Virus record (IMG/VR): IMGVR_UViG_3300020421_002402
Location: 1 to 64,000 of that record
Strand: one strand, 5' to 3'
From: a virus
Length of the DNA: 64,000 nt
Position numbers and translations under genes: made by a program. The notes beneath the pieces were generated by a model. That model was not told the DNA's origin. It saw only the letters and a program-made list of their open reading frames with translations, and did no database searches. Positions 39,676 to 49,445 of this stretch are shown piece by piece (positions within the stretch are counted from its first letter, which is position 1; each line of letters starts with the position of its first letter).

Positions 39676-41619
39676 CTACCACCACTTACCGCCTTTGACC
39701 AGACCGTAACGTGGCAAACGACATGCCCAATAACCTGCCTTCATTTTGTCGTTTTTCTTTTCGCAATTATGTCTTGCGGCAAATGATTTTGCTCTTTTCT
39801 TGTTTCCTGATTTTGTTTTTAATCCTGCGTCACCAAAACTAATTTTTTTAACTCTGCCTGTTTTAGGATTTTTAACATAAACTTTATATTTTTTACCACC
39901 ACCTGAACTTCTTGTTGGCTTGTTGAGTTTTACTTTTTTGCCTTGATATTCTGCTTCGTTGGTAACACTTTCACCGGCATGCATAGCCGCCATGTGTTTT
40001 TTATATTTCTTTGTGCCTTTCTTGTGAGGTGATTTGCCTTCGTCAAAATCTTCCATGTCATTTAAGTTTATATGCTGTAATGCGTCTTCTATAACTTCAT
40101 TTGCACTGACAACATCTAACACTCTACCACTGGCAAAGTCTCCTATTGGTTGTCCGCCTACTTCCATTCTTGGATCAACAACATCTTCAACATGTAGTGC
40201 TTCTAGGTCTGAATACATTTTTGCTTCTAGGTCTTCTTTATTGTCTGCATACAAACCTGGTGATTCACCAAATGTATCTACTAGTTGTTGTACTACGGCA
40301 TCACGTATAATACTTCTTTCTTCACCTTCACTAATTGCGTCATTAAAAAGTTTAAAAGGATTAAATCCACCTTTCTTAGGTTCAGGAGGTCTTTCCATAG
40401 GCTTTGTTCCTCTCTTCACCCCTTTTTGCTTTAATTTTTTTCTTAGTTTATCACTAATATCTGCTGGGTGGTCTGGATTGTCTTTATCTAATGAATAGTA
40501 TCCAGGGCCTTTAAGTCCTTTGACTAAATCTTTTATACCTTCTTCTAATTGTACTTTGTAAACAATCTTAGCAATTTTGGCAATGTCATCTGCTAGTGCT
40601 GGATTTTCACTTTCTAATTCTGAAAATAATTCTTGTGGTGAATATTTTGACCAATCCTTTTTCATTAATGCTCTACCAAGTATTTTTCCTACTGCATTTT
40701 CTTCTGGTGTGTTGTATGATTTAATCATTGGTAAATCATCTAGTTCACGTGCTGATTTCCAATCCATATCCATTACACCTTCACCAAATGCCATTTTAGA
40801 TGCTTTACCTAATATTTCACTTCGTTGTCCTCTACCCATGTGTGGGAAGTCTGCCTGCATTTGTTGATATGCCATTCTAGGATCATCCATTCGTTTCATA
40901 TAACTAGCAACTTGTTTAATAACTTCTTCGTCACCTGGATATTCGTCTCTTGATTTTTTTCTTTGTGCATTACCTTCGTCATGCTTTGTTATCTCTACCC
41001 AACTAGGTTGACCATTACCATAAGTCATTTCACCTTCATCACAACCATAGTTGCCAAAGCCATCGCACTCTGAACTTTCTTCCTCTTCACCGTCATCATT
41101 GGTAAATGTTTCTTCACCGTCCATGTAACCTGAACCACCACATGCTGGACAATCGCCATCTTTGATATAGTCGTCCATGTAATTGCCTTGTAGTGCATCT
41201 TGTAAATCGTTAAATGCTTCTGTTCTTTCTTCAGCATCATAGTAATCATCAGGCTCGCCAATCATTCCTCGTTCTGCTTCGTCTTCATCTTCTATTAAGT
41301 ATGGAATATCTAGCCAAACTTTTTCACCACCTTTAAGTGTTACCTGTTCGCCTATGTCTGTGGCAAGCATTTCTTCACTTTCCCAATCAAGTTCAGGTAA
41401 AGATCCTGCTTCACGTAATTTTTTTGCTAGTTGGAATGTTTCGATGTATGCTTTACTACCATGTCTAAAAGGACTATCACATAGTGCAGTACCTTCATTT
41501 ACATGTGTTGCTAATGCTTGAAGTGATTCATTTATAGACTCTTCTTTGTTTACAGAAACACTTTCTGTGATTTGTGATGAGAGTTTATTTTTATCTGCTG
41601 TAAAATCGAATAGTTTCAT
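39676..41619 (-). CDS. Modular head-associated protein
   Basis: Late promoter 41626-41633 (-); CPACGGSG; basic C-terminal AEYQGKKVKLNKP..YWAC module. Confidence 0.6.
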   Translation of the reverse strand: MKLFDFTADKNKLSSQITESVSVNKEESINESLQALATHVNEGTALCDSPFRHGSKAYIETFQLAKKLREAGSLPELDWESEEMLATDIGEQVTLKGGEKVWLDIPYLIEDEDEAERGMIGEPDDYYDAEERTEAFNDLQDALQGNYMDDYIKDGDCPACGGSGYMDGEETFTNDDGEEEESSECDGFGNYGCDEGEMTYGNGQPSWVEITKHDEGNAQRKKSRDEYPGDEEVIKQVASYMKRMDDPRMAYQQMQADFPHMGRGQRSEILGKASKMAFGEGVMDMDWKSARELDDLPMIKSYNTPEENAVGKILGRALMKKDWSKYSPQELFSELESENPALADDIAKIAKIVYKVQLEEGIKDLVKGLKGPGYYSLDKDNPDHPADISDKLRKKLKQKGVKRGTKPMERPPEPKKGGFNPFKLFNDAISEGEERSIIRDAVVQQLVDTFGESPGLYADNKEDLEAKMYSDLEALHVEDVVDPRMEVGGQPIGDFASGRVLDVVSANEVIEDALQHINLNDMEDFDEGKSPHKKGTKKYKKHMAAMHAGESVTNEAEYQGKKVKLNKPTRSSGGGKKYKVYVKNPKTGRVKKISFGDAGLKTKSGNKKRAKSFAARHNCEKKNDKMKAGYWACRLPRYGLVKGGKWW

Positions 41620-41646
41620 ATAAACTATTTATCACTTTTGGCAAAT

Positions 41647-41874
41647 TTATTCGCTTTCTTGTGTTTCAGACTTAGGTGTCCACTGAATGTTAATGCCTCT
41701 ACGTTCTAACTCTTTTAAGCATTTAATTCTAGTTTTAGGTTTAGCACCTTCTTTATTGATGTATTCGAATAAAAATTCTTTTGATTTTGCTTTGATGTAA
41801 TCGTGTTCCCAATGCCATTTAGTACGGCTACCTTTAGCATATTTTTTAATTGATGGTCCAAATTTAACTGGCAT
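41647..41874 (-). CDS. Hypothetical protein
   Basis: GGAG SD inside upstream gene end. Confidence 0.55.
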   Translation of the reverse strand: MPVKFGPSIKKYAKGSRTKWHWEHDYIKAKSKEFLFEYINKEGAKPKTRIKCLKELERRGINIQWTPKSETQESE

Positions 41875-41876
41875 AA

Positions 41877-42035
41877 CTATCTCCCTTGTCCTCTATACTT
41901 CTTGTGGGAACGACGTTTATGCTTGTTCATTGTTGATGTAGATATTTTAGTTCTTCTACCACGTCCACCTTTTCCTATGGAACTACATTTCCTTGTAGGC
42001 GTTATTGTCGATGTCTTTCTTGCCGCTCTAGCCAT
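41877..42035 (-). CDS. Small very basic protein (KKYRGQG C-terminus)
   Basis: GAGGGG SD before ATG 42035; Arg/Lys-rich. Confidence 0.6.
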   Translation of the reverse strand: MARAARKTSTITPTRKCSSIGKGGRGRRTKISTSTMNKHKRRSHKKYRGQGR

Positions 42036-42112
42036 TACCCCTCGGTGTGACAACACATACATCAGTGTTGTTTTGATGTTTGTATTTAGTTAAAAACAGT
42101 TTTAATAGAACT

Positions 42113-42370
42113 TTATTTGGATTTTTTTAGTTTAGCAACTTGTTTTTCAAGGTCTACAATTCTTTTTGCAAGTAATGGATACTGTGCTAACCATTTCTCT
42201 TCTCTACTAGCAATTTCGATGTCATATCTTTTTGCTACCCACTCCATAGTGTTGTCCATTTTTACTTGGAACCATACACCTACTTTTGTGTTTTTAAACC
42301 ATTGATAGAAACTACTGCCTATAATACTCGATAGAATACTTTTTAATGTTAAAATGAATAACCAATGCAT
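42113..42370 (-). CDS. Small membrane-anchored hypothetical protein
   Basis: Hydrophobic N-terminus, coupled start. Confidence 0.55.
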   Translation of the reverse strand: MHWLFILTLKSILSSIIGSSFYQWFKNTKVGVWFQVKMDNTMEWVAKRYDIEIASREEKWLAQYPLLAKRIVDLEKQVAKLKKSK

Positions 42371-43486
42371 TTACTTTCCTTTGGTGTTGCTAACGTTCTT
42401 AGCCTTACCTTTTCTATTTTTATTAGGATCTTTCCTACGTTTTTTACTAACTGCGGAACCAATGGCTTTTTTACCACCTTTGGCTCTTAGGCTTGCGGCT
42501 TTTGATTTGCTCAAACATTTAGGTTTGCCTTCACCTTTTTTGCTGTCACCACACTTACCAATTCTTTCACCTTTGGTATTGTAACGGTCCCAGCCTCCGC
42601 CTCCAGCACCACCTTTTTTGCCTTTGCCAAACCAAGCACGTAGGTTATCGTTTAATTCTTGTTTTCTGTTAGCAAGGTCTTCTTCAATGCCATTTAATAA
42701 TGCATTAAAGTCTTGTGCAAACTCTAAAGTTTCATTTACTTTCATCTTTTCAAGTTTGTTTCTTAAATCTTTTATATCTGCTTCTAAGTCATACATTCTA
42801 AACTTATTAACTTTATCCATCATACCATCAAGTTCAGGATGAAATTTCATAGTAACTACTTTAGCATCTTTCTTTACAGACTTGCCGTCTACTAATACTT
42901 CTACTTCAAACGGTACATGCTTTTCATACCAGTATGCCATATCGTAACCACCGTCATCTAATAGTGTTACTAAAAGTCCTCTATCATAATCTTCGTCTTC
43001 TGCTTTGAGAACTTTCATTTCGTCTCTTGGCAATGTAAGTGCAATATTTCTGTCACCTGATGTAACTTCTTCTTCCTCATTAAAAATTGATTCATTCTTA
43101 ACACAATTAGGTACACGTTTGCCAAACATTGTTTTCATGCCTTTCTTCTTGTAACCTTTCCAGCATTTTTCAACTATTGCTTCTACAAGGTCTGGGTCTA
43201 ATTCGATTGGAGTAAATTGTTGCATTAAATCAACTATGTCTGAATCGTGGTCTAATATTTTATGGTCCTGACTGATAATAAGTGCTTCGCTATCATCGTA
43301 TCCGTGATTTTCACCACTTAAAATATGCATGCCATTACTTAATTCAATATGGTCATCTTGATTGACCCATCTAGATATTGCACTTTCTACTTCGTCGTGT
43401 GGTATTTTCCATTCTTTTTTAAATGCACCAGGCTCTGCCAGTTGAGTGACATTGTCTTCTGCTTGATATACTTCAAATAAACGCAT
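42371..43486 (-). CDS. Modular head-associated protein
   Basis: MRLFEV start; KCWKGY..VPNCVK and basic C-terminal modules. Confidence 0.6.
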   Translation of the reverse strand: MRLFEVYQAEDNVTQLAEPGAFKKEWKIPHDEVESAISRWVNQDDHIELSNGMHILSGENHGYDDSEALIISQDHKILDHDSDIVDLMQQFTPIELDPDLVEAIVEKCWKGYKKKGMKTMFGKRVPNCVKNESIFNEEEEVTSGDRNIALTLPRDEMKVLKAEDEDYDRGLLVTLLDDGGYDMAYWYEKHVPFEVEVLVDGKSVKKDAKVVTMKFHPELDGMMDKVNKFRMYDLEADIKDLRNKLEKMKVNETLEFAQDFNALLNGIEEDLANRKQELNDNLRAWFGKGKKGGAGGGGWDRYNTKGERIGKCGDSKKGEGKPKCLSKSKAASLRAKGGKKAIGSAVSKKRRKDPNKNRKGKAKNVSNTKGK

Positions 43487-44142
43487 TACTTTTTCTTCTT
43501 TTTAGAGTTGCCCCAATTAGCCGCACCTTTTTTTCTGCATTGTACTAATGCACCACTGGCGTAGGCACTGGGCCAAACTTTATATCTAGATTTTACTTTG
43601 TGATAGCAGGCATCTTTTTTACCTGCCGCTTCGTCAAATTCTTCTTCTGTCATTATTTGACGTACTTCCCAAACATTTTTCATTTCTTCCTCTAAAGGAG
43701 TTAATTGAAATCTTCCATCTGGTTTGTTATGATATCTTGGTCTAGCATCTTTCTTAACAAGTTTTGCTAAATGTTTTAACAATTTGTCATCTTCTTGTGC
43801 TTCGTCTTTTAATTTTTTTAGAATGGAATCTATTATTGCTGATTTTGATGCAACAAATTCTCCTTCATCAAAATTAAAACTTTTTAATTCTTGCTTTTGT
43901 TTTTTTCTATCGTAATCTTTTGGTGACTTGTGAGCACCAGCACCACTCATATTGCGTGAGTTCTTTGCTACTGGATTATTTAGTTTAGGCATTTTAGGTT
44001 TTTTCTTTTGCTCGCCTACTAGTTTGCCTTGAAAAGGATGTGGACTTTCATGTCCCATGTTAGGTTTAATTAACTTAGGTTTTTTGCTAGTTGCTTTAAC
44101 TTGTTTCTTTTTGCCTTCTACTATAAAGTCTGTTAGTTTCAT
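43486..44142 (-). CDS. Modular basic head-associated protein
   Basis: MKLTDFIVE start; DACYHKVKSRYKVWPSAYASGALVQCRK module. Confidence 0.6.
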   Translation of the reverse strand: MKLTDFIVEGKKKQVKATSKKPKLIKPNMGHESPHPFQGKLVGEQKKKPKMPKLNNPVAKNSRNMSGAGAHKSPKDYDRKKQKQELKSFNFDEGEFVASKSAIIDSILKKLKDEAQEDDKLLKHLAKLVKKDARPRYHNKPDGRFQLTPLEEEMKNVWEVRQIMTEEEFDEAAGKKDACYHKVKSRYKVWPSAYASGALVQCRKKGAANWGNSKKKKK

Positions 44143-44510
44143 CGTCTTTTCTCATATTCTAAATCTTCTAAATCCATTTCAAGTTCATCAATTTTGGTTG
44201 TTACATCTCTGTACTTGTCTGCAAATACTTCTTCCATTTCATATACTGCAGACTCTAATTGATTTCTTGCATCACGTACTTTGCTTTCGTAATAGTCCAA
44301 CTCTCTTTCATCGATGCCAAGTTTTTCTGCAAGTCCATTTAAACCAATCATTATTTCACTTGTTGTGTTTTCGTACTTGATTGCTTTAGTGATATCTCTT
44401 GCTTCTTGTTGTGCAAATTCTAACTTATCAGCAATAGGCTCAAGCCTTTTCAACTCTGCTTTTATTTCTTCTTCGTTTTGCTCTTGAACTATTACTTCAT
44501 TAAGTTTCAT
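44139..44510 (-). CDS. Acidic coiled-coil protein
   Basis: MKLNEVIVQE start. Confidence 0.55.
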   Translation of the reverse strand: MKLNEVIVQEQNEEEIKAELKRLEPIADKLEFAQQEARDITKAIKYENTTSEIMIGLNGLAEKLGIDERELDYYESKVRDARNQLESAVYEMEEVFADKYRDVTTKIDELEMDLEDLEYEKRR

Positions 44511-44956
44511 TACACTTCCTCTAATCTCTTCATTAATCTTTCTGCTCTATTAGTAACTTGTTTGTGCCAACGTGAATCTCTGCCTTCAACTGCGGCTTCT
44601 TTCCAGTTACTTTCTAATATAGCGGCATGCATTTTTTTAAATTTGCTTAATCTTGTTCTACCCATATTGAACATCATATTAACCAGGATCTGCTGGACTT
44701 CGTCAGGTAGTTCTCCAAAACGCCCTGCTTCGTATAAAAGTTCACACTCGGCGATGGCAATATCAAGGTCTCGTTCGAAACATGACCTGACACGTTCTTC
44801 GTCAACTGGAGTTCCAATTGGTTTTCCGTGTTCCGGATCACTCTCCTGGACAAGGTGACCGACTCCAAAGGTTGCGTACCCAAGATGGTCGTTATAGAGT
44901 TCATAAACTACTCCTTCATCAATTTTAAGTTGTTCAAATACTGCTTGTCTATTCAT
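44510..44956 (-). CDS. T4-type (GH24) lysozyme
   Basis: DEG..Y.DHLGYATFGVGHL, NMMFNMG, SRW..Q..NRA; late promoter 44988-44995 (-). Confidence 0.9.
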   Translation of the reverse strand: MNRQAVFEQLKIDEGVVYELYNDHLGYATFGVGHLVQESDPEHGKPIGTPVDEERVRSCFERDLDIAIAECELLYEAGRFGELPDEVQQILVNMMFNMGRTRLSKFKKMHAAILESNWKEAAVEGRDSRWHKQVTNRAERLMKRLEEV

Positions 44957-45013
44957 ATTATTTCCAATTCCAAATAATTTATATGTGTATTTATCTGATT
45001 AAGGTATTTTGCC

Positions 45014-45040
45014 AAAAAAAAGCACACCCGAAGGTGTGCT
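45014..45040 (-). terminator. Intrinsic terminator with UUCG loop
   Basis: AGCACACC-TTCG-GGTGTGC-T8 on minus strand. Confidence 0.85.
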
Positions 45041-45062
45041 CTTTTAAATTCATTTCTACTTA

Positions 45063-45650
45063 CTATGAAGCAACTGAGCCGTAATCTCTAGCAATATTAC
45101 TTGTAATACCTGCCGCAACAATTACGATTGCTGTAATAACTGCTGTACCACTACTGGCACTACCTGCCGTGATAGTCGCCTTTACATCTGTTGCTGAGGT
45201 GTAAATGTGTTGATGAGTACTTTGAAATTGGAATGTTTGCGTCATATCAGCATCACCGGTTCCAAAGTGTCTATCAGTATCACTATCATCTCCAACAATT
45301 ACAGTTGTTGTGTCATCAGCACTTACCCAAGGACTACCAACATCAATATTGACACTATAAATCATAGAGTCTGCTGGTGCAGTGAATAGTGTTGTAGTAC
45401 CCGTATTATATTGTACTTCTGTACTAACATATTGTGCAACTGTTTGAGTAGCACTATCAAATTGTCCTTTTGTAAAGAATGCAGTAGCCTGGGTTGCATC
45501 TGCACCCTTAACTTCAACGAGAGTAGAACCGTCATTGTCAGTGAATGTAAATTCGTTATCTGTGGTGTTTGTGAGAAGTTTTAATCCGCGTTTTCCGAAC
45601 TGCACTAAATTAGCGATGCCCTTCAAACCAAAATTGTTTACGTCTGCCAT
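45063..45650 (-). CDS. Probable virion structural protein
   Basis: Late promoter 45698-45705 (-), GGAG SD, Thr/Ser/Ala-rich. Confidence 0.55.
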   Translation of the reverse strand: MADVNNFGLKGIANLVQFGKRGLKLLTNTTDNEFTFTDNDGSTLVEVKGADATQATAFFTKGQFDSATQTVAQYVSTEVQYNTGTTTLFTAPADSMIYSVNIDVGSPWVSADDTTTVIVGDDSDTDRHFGTGDADMTQTFQFQSTHQHIYTSATDVKATITAGSASSGTAVITAIVIVAAGITSNIARDYGSVAS

Positions 45651-45713
45651 GTGGTTACTCCAAATTATAATCGATTATTGTAGTTTCCTACTACACATAT
45701 TTATCGAAAGTTG

Positions 45714-45742
45714 TTGACATTGACTACTTTATATCGTATAAT
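45714..45742 (+). promoter_or_regulatory. sigma70-type promoter (leaderless uvsE)
   Basis: TTGACA-N17-TATAAT, ATG 6 nt downstream. Confidence 0.8.
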
Positions 45743-45748
45743 ATCAGC

Positions 45749-46801
45749 ATGTTTGATCCTAATGTAAAAAGAATTGGCTTTTGTTGTAAGTATATGGACC
45801 CTGACCAGAGTCAGAAACCTAAACTTCTCAAGGAGATACAGCAAAATTACACAGAACGCATGACAACTATTACTTGGCTTGATAGACAAGAAAAGTCTGT
45901 AGCAGAAGAACGTATGCTTGAACTTGTTACTCATAACATGCAGGCGGCATACAATCTTGTAGAATTGGTAAGCAAACTTCCAGCAGAACGTAGAATGGTT
46001 AGGCTAGGCAGTAATCAATTGCCAGGTGCTACACAAGAAGATTGGAAATACATGTGGCAAGACCCTACTAATATTAAAATGCTAGAAGAAGGCTTTGCTA
46101 AAGTGGGGAAACTTGCTAGAGATAAAGATGTTCGTATTAGTTTTCATCCTGGGCAGTTTTGTGTACTTGCTAGTGATAAGCCTGATGTAGTAGAACGTAG
46201 TTTAGACGAGTTCGAGTATCATGCTAACATGGCACGTTGGATGGGGTATGGTAAAGAGTTCATGGACATGAAACTCAATATACACATATCTGGACGTCAA
46301 GGAGCACAAGGTATTATAAATATACTACCTAAATTATCACCTGAGGCTCGTAACACTATTGCAATCGAAAATGATGAGATGTGTCACGGACTCGATGAAT
46401 CATTAAAATTGGAGAAACATTTGGCATTGGTGTTGGACATACATCACCATTGGATTAGAGATGAAGAATATATACAAGCAAATGATGACCGTGTTAAAAG
46501 GGTCATTGATAGTTGGCGCGGTGTTAGGCCTACTTTACATTACAGTTACAGCAGAAATGAATGGCTGGATCAATCAAGCAGAATTGATGAAGGAAACAGG
46601 CATGATTCCTTACATTCCATATCTGACCTTTTAGAGTCTGGTGCTAAGAAACAAAAACTTAGAGCACATTCAGATTTTTACCCTAATGAAAAAGTTAATG
46701 AATGGGCATTGAGTTTCTTTGATAATTTTGACATTCAATGCGAAGCAAAGGCTAAGAATTTAGCCAGTGAAGAATTATACCTGCAATATATAAACACATA
46801 A
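45749..46801 (+). CDS. uvsE: UV damage endonuclease
   Basis: RIGFCC, RISFHPGQF, NIHISG, IENDE, LDIHHH, HYS, HSD, EAKAK. Confidence 0.9.
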   Translation: MFDPNVKRIGFCCKYMDPDQSQKPKLLKEIQQNYTERMTTITWLDRQEKSVAEERMLELVTHNMQAAYNLVELVSKLPAERRMVRLGSNQLPGATQEDWKYMWQDPTNIKMLEEGFAKVGKLARDKDVRISFHPGQFCVLASDKPDVVERSLDEFEYHANMARWMGYGKEFMDMKLNIHISGRQGAQGIINILPKLSPEARNTIAIENDEMCHGLDESLKLEKHLALVLDIHHHWIRDEEYIQANDDRVKRVIDSWRGVRPTLHYSYSRNEWLDQSSRIDEGNRHDSLHSISDLLESGAKKQKLRAHSDFYPNEKVNEWALSFFDNFDIQCEAKAKNLASEELYLQYINT

Positions 46802-47003
46802 ATTGACTCCGGAGTCTTTTTGTGTTGACTGTTTGGGGAACACCGAGTTCCTTTTCTATCTATCACATCTTAATGAGCGGTGAAATACTTAATGTTGTCA
46901 ACTGGTTCATTACCAAACAGTTGCTAATATTTAATCGTTTGCTAGAAAAGTATGTTGAAATAGTGTATTTTGAGTAAATATTGGTGTTAAAAGGAGTTTT
47001 AAT

Positions 47004-47357
47004 TTGACTTATGTAGTAAAGGGTGAATGCGTAGATTGTAAACATACTACCTGTGTGAAAGTGTGTCCTGTTGACTGTTTCCATGAAGGTGAAAATACAG
47101 TTGTTATAGACCCAGACGTCTGTATCGATTGTGCTATCTGTGAACCTGAATGCCCAGTAAATGCTATTGTGTCAGACAGAAAACTTGAAACAGAATCAGA
47201 CCAAGAGTGGCTAAAGTTTAACACAGACATGAGTAAAGAATGGCCCGTAATAACCAAAGTAAAAGACCCCTTACCTACTTACGAAGAAGCGGCTAATTAT
47301 ACCGATGATGAAAATTGGAGTAAAGTGAGTAGAATACCAGCCAAGCAAATCGATTAA
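47004..47357 (+). CDS. fdxA: FdxA-type ferredoxin
   Basis: CVDCKHTTCVKVCPVDCF, CIDCAICEPECP; AGGAG + TTG start. Confidence 0.9.
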   Translation: MTYVVKGECVDCKHTTCVKVCPVDCFHEGENTVVIDPDVCIDCAICEPECPVNAIVSDRKLETESDQEWLKFNTDMSKEWPVITKVKDPLPTYEEAANYTDDENWSKVSRIPAKQID

Positions 47358-47395
47358 ATAAGTTCAAATACGCCAAAAAAACAGGCACAAAATAC

Positions 47396-47424
47396 TTGAC
47401 ATATCACCTTAATGTTAGTATAAT
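47396..47424 (+). promoter_or_regulatory. Early sigma70-type promoter
   Basis: TTGACA-N17-TATAAT-ATATGTATATT. Confidence 0.8.
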
Positions 47425-47455
47425 ATATGTATATTTTAAATAAGGAGAGGGGAGT

Positions 47456-48001
47456 ATGGAAACATTATACGCAGTATTAACATCCATGATGTTAAGTTAT
47501 GCACCCTACAATGCTACAGACGTTCTTATTGATAGAGACGAAGCATTTTGTTTAGCACAAAATGTTTACCACGAAGCCAAAGGTGAAAACCTAGCAGGTA
47601 AATCAGCAGTTGCTCATGTAACTCTAAACAGAGTTGCACATGAAAAATATCCTAACACTATATGTGGTGTTACAAAACAAGCAAAGTATAGAACCAATTG
47701 GAGAGGAAATGAAACACCTATCATAGGTATGTGTCAATTCAGTTGGTACTGTGATGGCAAATCTGACGACATACAAATTGTTTATAGAAAAAGTTATCCA
47801 GGAAAACCTATTGGTCCTAATATGGAAGCCTGGAAACAAAGTGTTCAAGTTTCTTTATTGGCAATGTATGGCACAACAATAGATCCAACAAGTGGTGCAA
47901 CACATTATTATAATCATAATATCAGTCAGCCAACTTGGGGTCAGGTATATCCAGTTGTTGCAGTTCTAAGCAATCATACTTTCTTAGTTAGGAACGATTA
48001 A
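47456..48001 (+). CDS. Cell wall hydrolase (SleB/Hydrolase_2)
   Basis: CLAQNVYHEAKGE, VTLNRV, CQFSW, GATHYY. Confidence 0.88.
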   Translation: METLYAVLTSMMLSYAPYNATDVLIDRDEAFCLAQNVYHEAKGENLAGKSAVAHVTLNRVAHEKYPNTICGVTKQAKYRTNWRGNETPIIGMCQFSWYCDGKSDDIQIVYRKSYPGKPIGPNMEAWKQSVQVSLLAMYGTTIDPTSGATHYYNHNISQPTWGQVYPVVAVLSNHTFLVRND

Positions 48002-48048
48002 AACAGTATATTAAGATAAATACTCTTGTAGGAAACACAGGAGTAATT

Positions 48049-48507
48049 ATGTACGAGTATAGATGTAAAGTCATCAGAGTAATTGATGGCGACACGGTTG
48101 ACGTGGACATAGATTTAGGTTTTGATATTATGCTCAGAGACGAAAGAGTTCGTATCATGGGTATAGACACACCAGAAAGTAGAACCAGAGATAAAGTTGA
48201 AAAGAAATTTGGTTTGGCAAGTAAAGTTAGATTAAAAGAACTTATTGGTGGAAAGTCAGGACCAATTCTCAAAACACAGATTAATAAAAAAGGCGAAGAT
48301 ATGCGAGGTAAGTTTGGACGTATATTAGGTGACTTTGTTACTGATGATGGCAGACTTGTTACTGACATATTAGTTGAAGAAGGACATGCAGTTGCATACT
48401 TCGGAGGCAGTAAAGAAGAAATACAAGACAAGCATATGGCTAATCGTAAAAAATTAATCAGAGAAGGTCTTGTTGATGTAACTTTGGAAGAAGCCGGAAT
48501 TCAATAA
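48049..48507 (+). CDS. Thermonuclease (SNase-like)
   Basis: VIDGDT, RIMGIDTPE, KFGRILG. Confidence 0.88.
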   Translation: MYEYRCKVIRVIDGDTVDVDIDLGFDIMLRDERVRIMGIDTPESRTRDKVEKKFGLASKVRLKELIGGKSGPILKTQINKKGEDMRGKFGRILGDFVTDDGRLVTDILVEEGHAVAYFGGSKEEIQDKHMANRKKLIREGLVDVTLEEAGIQ

Positions 48508-48515
48508 AAAATAGG

Positions 48516-48543
48516 TTGACATTTCATAACTATTCTGTATAAT
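48516..48543 (+). promoter_or_regulatory. sigma70-type promoter
   Basis: TTGACA-N16-TATAAT. Confidence 0.75.
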
Positions 48544-48565
48544 ACAAATATTACAGGATAGAAGT

Positions 48566-48862
48566 ATGCTTATTGAAGTTATTAAAGAAAACGAAGTTGT
48601 TAGTTGCAGACTTACAACAGGCGAAGAATTAGTCGCACGACTAAAAAAAGACAGACGAGATAAAGACAATCTCGTGGAATTATCACAACCCCTCATAGTT
48701 GGTAGAAGTGCAGAAGGCTTTGGACTTATGCCATATATGATGACAGTCAATCCAGAATCCACAGTAACTATTAAGATGGAACATATTTTGAGTATGGCTA
48801 AGACTAATGATGAAATAAGTAAAGGCTACACAAAACAAACAAGCAAAATAGAGACATTATAA
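48566..48862 (+). CDS. Hypothetical protein (possibly Sm-like fold)
   Basis: VVSCRLTTGEELVARL pattern. Confidence 0.5.
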   Translation: MLIEVIKENEVVSCRLTTGEELVARLKKDRRDKDNLVELSQPLIVGRSAEGFGLMPYMMTVNPESTVTIKMEHILSMAKTNDEISKGYTKQTSKIETL

Positions 48863-49332
48863 TGGTAAACAAAAGATTTTATTCAGGAAAAACTTATTCA
48901 CATGCAACTGGACATAGTTGTGCATTTAGACAATGGCGAGCAGACAGCCATTGTAATTTAATACATGGATATGCATTACAGTTTGAACTTAAATTTGGTG
49001 GCGAACTAGATGATAGGAATTGGATTGTAGACTTTGGTGGACTAAAGCCACTGAAAGAATGGTTGAAGTATATGTTCGACCACACATATCTAGTTGCAGA
49101 AGATGATCCAGAATTAGAAACAGTCAAAATGTTACAAGAGAAAAATCTTATTGACATGAGACTTTTACCAGCAGTTGGTTGCGAACGTTTTGCAGAGCAA
49201 GTATTTGACTATGCACAAAACTTAGTTGATGAATTAACTGATGGTAGATGTTGGGTACAAGAAGTTACAGTTAGAGAACATGAACACAATTCTGCGACAG
49301 TAGAACGTAATGACCATCAAAAAGTTGTTTAA
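48862..49332 (+). CDS. queD: 6-carboxytetrahydropterin synthase
   Basis: HCNLIHGY, VDFG..K, FDHTYL, EHEHNSA. Confidence 0.85.
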   Translation: MVNKRFYSGKTYSHATGHSCAFRQWRADSHCNLIHGYALQFELKFGGELDDRNWIVDFGGLKPLKEWLKYMFDHTYLVAEDDPELETVKMLQEKNLIDMRLLPAVGCERFAEQVFDYAQNLVDELTDGRCWVQEVTVREHEHNSATVERNDHQKVV

Positions 49333-49353
49333 AAAATAAATTAAAACATAATA

Positions 49354-49376
49354 GAACCCCCTGTTTTGGGGGTTTT
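49354..49376 (+). terminator. Probable intrinsic terminator
   Basis: GAACCCC..GGGGTTT hairpin after queD. Confidence 0.55.
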
Positions 49377-49445
49377 GTACATTAACAGGATAGTTTATGT
49401 AATCAGTATTGTTTAATTGGTTACGAAAATACGATAAATATTGGT

